NCBI GenBank assembly: GCA_001790095.1
Contig: MGBH01000001.1
Location: 840,001 to 872,000 of the forward strand
From: Candidatus Saccharimonadota bacterium
Lineage (GTDB): Bacteria > Patescibacteriota > Microgenomatia > UBA1406 > GWC2-37-13
Direction of reading: 5' to 3'
Length of the DNA stretch: 32,000 nt
How positions within the stretch are numbered: position 1 is the first letter of the stretch; each line of letters opens with the position of its first letter. The translations under genes and the position numbers were made by a program. Positions 30,101 through 32,000 of this stretch are shown piece after piece. The notes beneath the pieces were generated by a model, which was given only the letters and a program-made list of their open reading frames with translations, was not told where the DNA came from and did not search any database.

Positions 30101-32000
30101 ATAATATCCGTCAAGTCCTGTCTCTGTATCAGTCACTCCGGACCAAGAAAAATATGGATTTCGATAATTGTAACTTTGTCCAGAAGTTAAGGATGTGCCA
30201 CTATTGGAAGAATAACCCGAAACGCTTAAACTTCCCGTATCAGGAGCAGTTGTATCTGAGTCATAGTTTATCGTAAAGTCAGATAAGGTCGGACTGTCGG
30301 TCCCATCCCCAGTTAATACAGCTTTTATCTGAATAAAGCGTGAAGGACTTGAGGTAACCACTCCTCCTGAGATCTCTTCCCAATTACTCCATGTAGTCTG
30401 ATTACTTGACGTACGTGAATAATATACTATATTTGTACCTGCCGGCTTTGTCTCTGTATAAGCGAATTCACCAAACGCGGTCGCATAAGTTAAATCATAG
30501 ACCGGCGAGCTCCATGCACCTGTTGTTTGATACACGTTACCGGCAGGTGGAGTATATTTCCAGAATCCTCCATCATATCCTTGATAAGCATAGACCTTAC
30601 CTTCATAATAAGTCAAACTTCCACCCCACCGTATCATGGCTGGCAGATCCGCCACACGCTCCCAGATGCTTTTGCTTATTGAATAGCGGTAAAACCTCCT
30701 CCCCCAAATATCATTTTCTCCACCCACCTGTGCATAGATATAATCGCCTCCATCATAAGTCATACCTCCTCCGTAATAGGATCCAACAGGTAGTGACGGA
30801 AGCTCTTCCCAACCGTTGGTAGTCTCATGATATCTCCAAAATCTGCCTCTTTGATATCCTTGCATTACGTACGTATACATACCAGCCTGTGCCATGCCTG
30901 AGCCGCGATAAGTACCTTCCGGTACTAAAGCTTTTTCAATCCATGTATTTCCAACCGCATCATAACGATAAAACTGAGCTCCCCCTCCTCCACGAAGCGC
31001 CCAAATAGTATTGCTACTTGATGAAGCTATCATGTTTGAGCCGTCACCTAATGTAAGCGTAGGACTTGTCAAACCACTCGTTGTCCAATTATTTGCAGCA
31101 GGAGGATTATATCTATAAATAGCATTACCATTACTTCCCCTATTAAGATATAATGCATTATTTACGTACGCAAGAGATGTACCATAATAGCCAAGAGTTA
31201 CTCCTGCTGCAGGAAGTGTAGTCCACGTATTTGTTGCGATCGTGTATTTATAACAAGTCTGAGTATTTTGGCCACGACACATATAGATATTTCCTTCTCC
31301 ATCTGACTCTATACTCTTGCCCGTTGCCCATGCATTTGCAGGAGGCCCTGCCACTGCATTGCTGTAGGAGTTGTTTGAGGGATAATAATAAACAAACTCG
31401 CTTAGACCTATCTGCATAATGATTCTGCTGTTTTCCGAGTCATATGCCAGCGCACCATAGGATGTAGAATATGGTAAGTCCGCTTTTGACTCCCATTGAT
31501 TATTTGTTGCATTATATCTATATAGTGTTTTTGTTCCCGCCCCCCTCATAGTATAAATATCTTGACCTATCATAACTGCATTTACTGCGGTCGACAAAGA
31601 TCCATCAAGCGGAAGGTTTGCCCGCTGCAGCCATGAGGGAGAAGGAGTAGTCACATCAAGGCGGTATAATCTGTCCGGACTACCCCAGTCAGTGAGAAAA
31701 TAGAGGTATTGGCTTCCATCGTATACCAAATCACAATATGTTTGACAATATACGCTTGCTGGAGTAATCGCATCCCAACCTTTTGTGCTTATAGTATAAC
31801 GCCATAGATCATAATAACCATTGCCGCGCCATGCATATATGGTGTCATTACCCACATATTCGAGCCTTGCTCTTGCACCCATATAAGCCGGAGTATTGGT
31901 AAGATAGCTCCATGTATCAGTCGGTATGTCGTACTTCAAAAAGTAACGGGAAAGATTGGTAGTTGATGTACGGGTAGCAAATACCCATATAGTATCTGTT
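24179..32000 (-). CDS. Giant secreted or surface protein (more than 2,606 aa, 5' end beyond the window): Kelch-like beta-propellers, beta-sandwich modules, DUF2341, LamG/concanavalin-like lectin domain and a C-terminal fibronectin-III array
   Basis: The frame stays open from 31939 to 32000 (...TDTIWVFATRTSTTNLSRYFLKYDIPTDTW), so the TTG at 31939 is not the true start. Blade motifs such as Y-x-Y-x(4-5)-N/T-x-W-x(5-7)-P recur in about 30545-32000 and about 27050-28760. DUF2341-like WWNMSYAYRKQLTI...YYVYYGNPN maps to about 29530-29824. LamG-like LTFDGADYVRLP...WYHFALTYD...LDEMRISN maps to about 28990-29500. Fn3 and purple-acid-phosphatase-N-like repeats (ATIIWSTSRASNSFVKYG...PGTAYYFQV) map to about 24179-26700. 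Confidence 0.9.
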   Translation of the reverse strand, partial: TDTIWVFATRTSTTNLSRYFLKYDIPTDTWSYLTNTPAYMGARARLEYVGNDTIYAWRGNGYYDLWRYTISTKGWDAITPASVYCQTYCDLVYDGSQYLYFLTDWGSPDRLYRLDVTTPSPSWLQRANLPLDGSLSTAVNAVMIGQDIYTMRGAGTKTLYRYNATNNQWESKADLPYSTSYGALAYDSENSRIIMQIGLSEFVYYYPSNNSYSNAVAGPPANAWATGKSIESDGEGNIYMCRGQNTQTCYKYTIATNTWTTLPAAGVTLGYYGTSLAYVNNALYLNRGSNGNAIYRYNPPAANNWTTSGLTSPTLTLGDGSNMIASSSSNTIWALRGGGGAQFYRYDAVGNTWIEKALVPEGTYRGSGMAQAGMYTYVMQGYQRGRFWRYHETTNGWEELPSLPVGSYYGGGMTYDGGDYIYAQVGGENDIWGRRFYRYSISKSIWERVADLPAMIRWGGSLTYYEGKVYAYQGYDGGFWKYTPPAGNVYQTTGAWSSPVYDLTYATAFGEFAYTETKPAGTNIVYYSRTSSNQTTWSNWEEISGGVVTSSPSRFIQIKAVLTGDGTDSPTLSDFTINYDSDTTAPDTGSLSVSGYSSNSGTSLTSGQSYNYRNPYFSWSGVTDTETGLDGYYVYFGSNAAADPETLGTYQSDAHYTVATGMTNGETYYLRIKAKDKLGNKSDAVAGFSYIYSGISPATTTTLTNQADWDDAESTRSATYTSDTSWWNMSYAYRKQLTISSFTASSAGSLVKVDIDTDALVTASKLREDRKDWRVIYLDGSSWREIDHQYIDASTTYFPLQKSIVSGVDDTNYYVYYGNPNETGSPKLDMISSNGASKWGTGLTFDGADYVRLPTMHTTLNGSSAVTIEGWFKYYNSNGYRLFYGSNSSWQTAVGVYSGQNYLAYQLRTTASSSVYSNTGTTMLESGKWYHFALTYDSATGTEQGFVNGRLDFTRTGLTGTLVTNVTQYIGYNGSGGYTGYMYGGLDEMRISNIARYTADFTPHTTPFTTDANTVGLYHFDDAVSQNVSDSSGNNINGQLGSGAGVDAADPFWTGIVTASAGSETDKPAVSPDTSITLEAMTRGSWAGYQIGTLPWGARMVYGAATYANSNIYVLRGYNTKTFYTYDPVSTSWTQLTDAPGNIYYGSSMLFDGNDSIYVSQGGGQYGFFKYTISTNTWNSSLTQPTVAWSYGASLVRVGSDTIYAFSGGSTSFLKYTISADDWGNMSAPPYAVTSGAGLYYDGSTYIWAVTGGGSGLLKYIVATDTWDNTLPLAPYTIGSASHNVVFYDNYLYVFTTYDYQANTDNKRFVWRYGMLTNKWESVPVATDVWLSSGAVAYDGSRYAYLFQGYSTSGAGTTAIYKFDFKENRFVPETPILPLDRTYQSDGETIIHQPYTGTSLAYDGSDTIYYAQGGTAYMNRYQVSTKKWSILPYLPCIYNGGLVYANNNLYAVCGGTTKTMYRYSPATSEWTKMANAPDTIGAAGNQIAAYDGSDTIYVLRGLGSRTLYKYTISTNEWTTESNPGASPPDVFGSSWGASITYDGSGNLYIVRGNNTNTFYKYTISDPPTWTTLTSVPELVSNGSGSVYDNGKIYVMSGFNNNGFHIYDVASDTWMTGTMTPSQTYAGGALVKGPSNTLYALQGNYTQTFWKYNIPTTSSSYKYQGTYTTKPLSIGNTYGFAGLSATVASPSATSIMFETRTSTDAANWSAWAQATNLKQIEGTNFTYNINSPASRYVQVKATLNSEESATTPTISDLSLTYYADETAPTNPDTLDSYTTATKSASITDNTWYNYAHPYFEWSGADDGIGSGVNGYYVYFGNDINADASVSGELITTASYSATLATDGTEDGDYYLKIKAVDNAGNINTTHWSPFHYFFDSVSPTDVASENVSVLPSGYTSTNNFAFNWIPTSDPITNSTASGLLNYYYKTGTASGSLSQYQAFTGTCTESMCTLTGITAYQEGTNTFYLKANDVAGNYTSVTSVNFNFNSVAPSPPRNLVLGSSDPAANQFDFDWDEPSVYRGTIKEYRYSVNELPNASNISTTSASMVNDIAGTHEGENTFYVVAVDEANNVAYANYASKTFSVSVEAPGIPLAPEAFDNSIRATKKYRVGLTWDPPTDLGTSFEEYRVYASTTNAECSTDMSSYEIAGSTAGNSYVVTSIGGVDLESTTYYLCIKACTTTDQCSSASTTVSLMPTGRWLEAPDLTASPSATVKTKSATIIWSTSRASNSFVKYGTKSGDYGNEVGSSDQVTNHEIKLTELAPGTAYYFQVSWADEDGNYGSSEEITLTTNPAPFVSGVKASDISIHSAYVTFTSKNGIKATLQYGKTLSYGSMSSTSVSKNETTTTLKLDSLTEGTIYHYRIVVEDDEGNTFAGDDYIFETLPVPKIVGLRIQQVSGMPTATLRLIWTSNTPISSIVTYYPSNNLEAAKDQISLILKKSHEVILKNLKDDTDYTIIVKGRDTAGNEVINPSNKVKTAVDFRPPEIQNMIVESTIVGIGDDAKAQIIVSWDTDEPSTTQVEYAQGTGVTYSQTTQEDTNLTTNHVITIPGLSPSKIYHLRAVSKDKAANIAQSDDTVTITPKSTKDALNLVIENLSKTFGFLKNIR

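Noticed and set aside
24368-31419. Many plus-strand ORFs of 60-138 aa inside the giant gene region (for example 24368-24658, 27457-27831, 29998-30276, 30406-30822 and 31231-31419), plus minus-strand alternate-frame ORFs (27349-27531, 27799-27987, 28411-28695, 29158-29367).
   Set aside because: They lie antisense to, or out of frame with, a 7.8-kb ORF that has clear domain and repeat structure. Their translations are low-complexity (rich in R, L, S, Y and H) with no motifs. They are shadow ORFs.
1-32000. Alternative genetic code (UGA recoding, as in some candidate phyla), and mobile or defence islands (transposase, integrase, restriction-modification, toxin-antitoxin, reverse transcriptase/DGR).
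   Set aside because: Long ORFs with intact conserved motifs terminate on TGA (for example nrnA at 3649-3651) as well as on TAA and TAG, and none needs read-through. No ORF shows DDE or tyrosine-recombinase motifs, RT motifs or methyltransferase-endonuclease pairs. The ResIII-type helicase has no adjacent DNA methyltransferase or nuclease.

Overview
AT-rich (roughly 38-40% GC by eye), very compact bacterial window with 24 supported protein genes, one tRNA, tiny or overlapping intergenic gaps and almost no Shine-Dalgarno signals. I found no rRNA, CRISPR array, transposase, integrase or phage genes. Standard code 11 fits, because long ORFs close on TAA, TAG and TGA. The content suggests a reduced-genome, Gram-positive-like cell, possibly Patescibacteria/CPR-like; this is inference only, since no search was possible.

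Three themes:
(1) Nucleotide salvage and phosphotransfer: an NrnA-like DHH phosphoesterase, a Tmk-like protein with a broken P-loop, two long-form Ndk paralogs and two further P-loop kinases.
(2) Central carbon: pckA overlapping a class-I aminotransferase.
(3) Envelope and surface-protein biogenesis: sortase, rhomboid, a signal-peptidase-I fusion protein, prepilin peptidase and two ABC systems.

The last ~7.8 kb is one giant ORF of more than 2,600 aa that runs off the window edge. It contains Kelch-like beta-propellers, DUF2341, LamG and an Fn3 array, and is translationally coupled to a MacB/FtsX-type ABC pair.

Candidate novel systems:
(a) the giant surface protein plus the MacB-type ABC pair with an oversized ectodomain, with a prepilin peptidase downstream;
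(b) a tightly packed five-gene minus-strand block (8592-16431) encoding a signal-peptidase-I fusion, a DUF1266-like protein, a rhomboid, a 1000-aa SF2 helicase with a C-terminal transmembrane hairpin, and a TPR-like anchor protein.

Non-coding observations: repeated promoter geometry implying leaderless mRNAs, a GC-rich nested-hairpin element between divergent -10 boxes, an in-frame twin-hairpin insertion inside nrnA, and a dyad-symmetric TCAAAT/ATTTGA array upstream of pilD.
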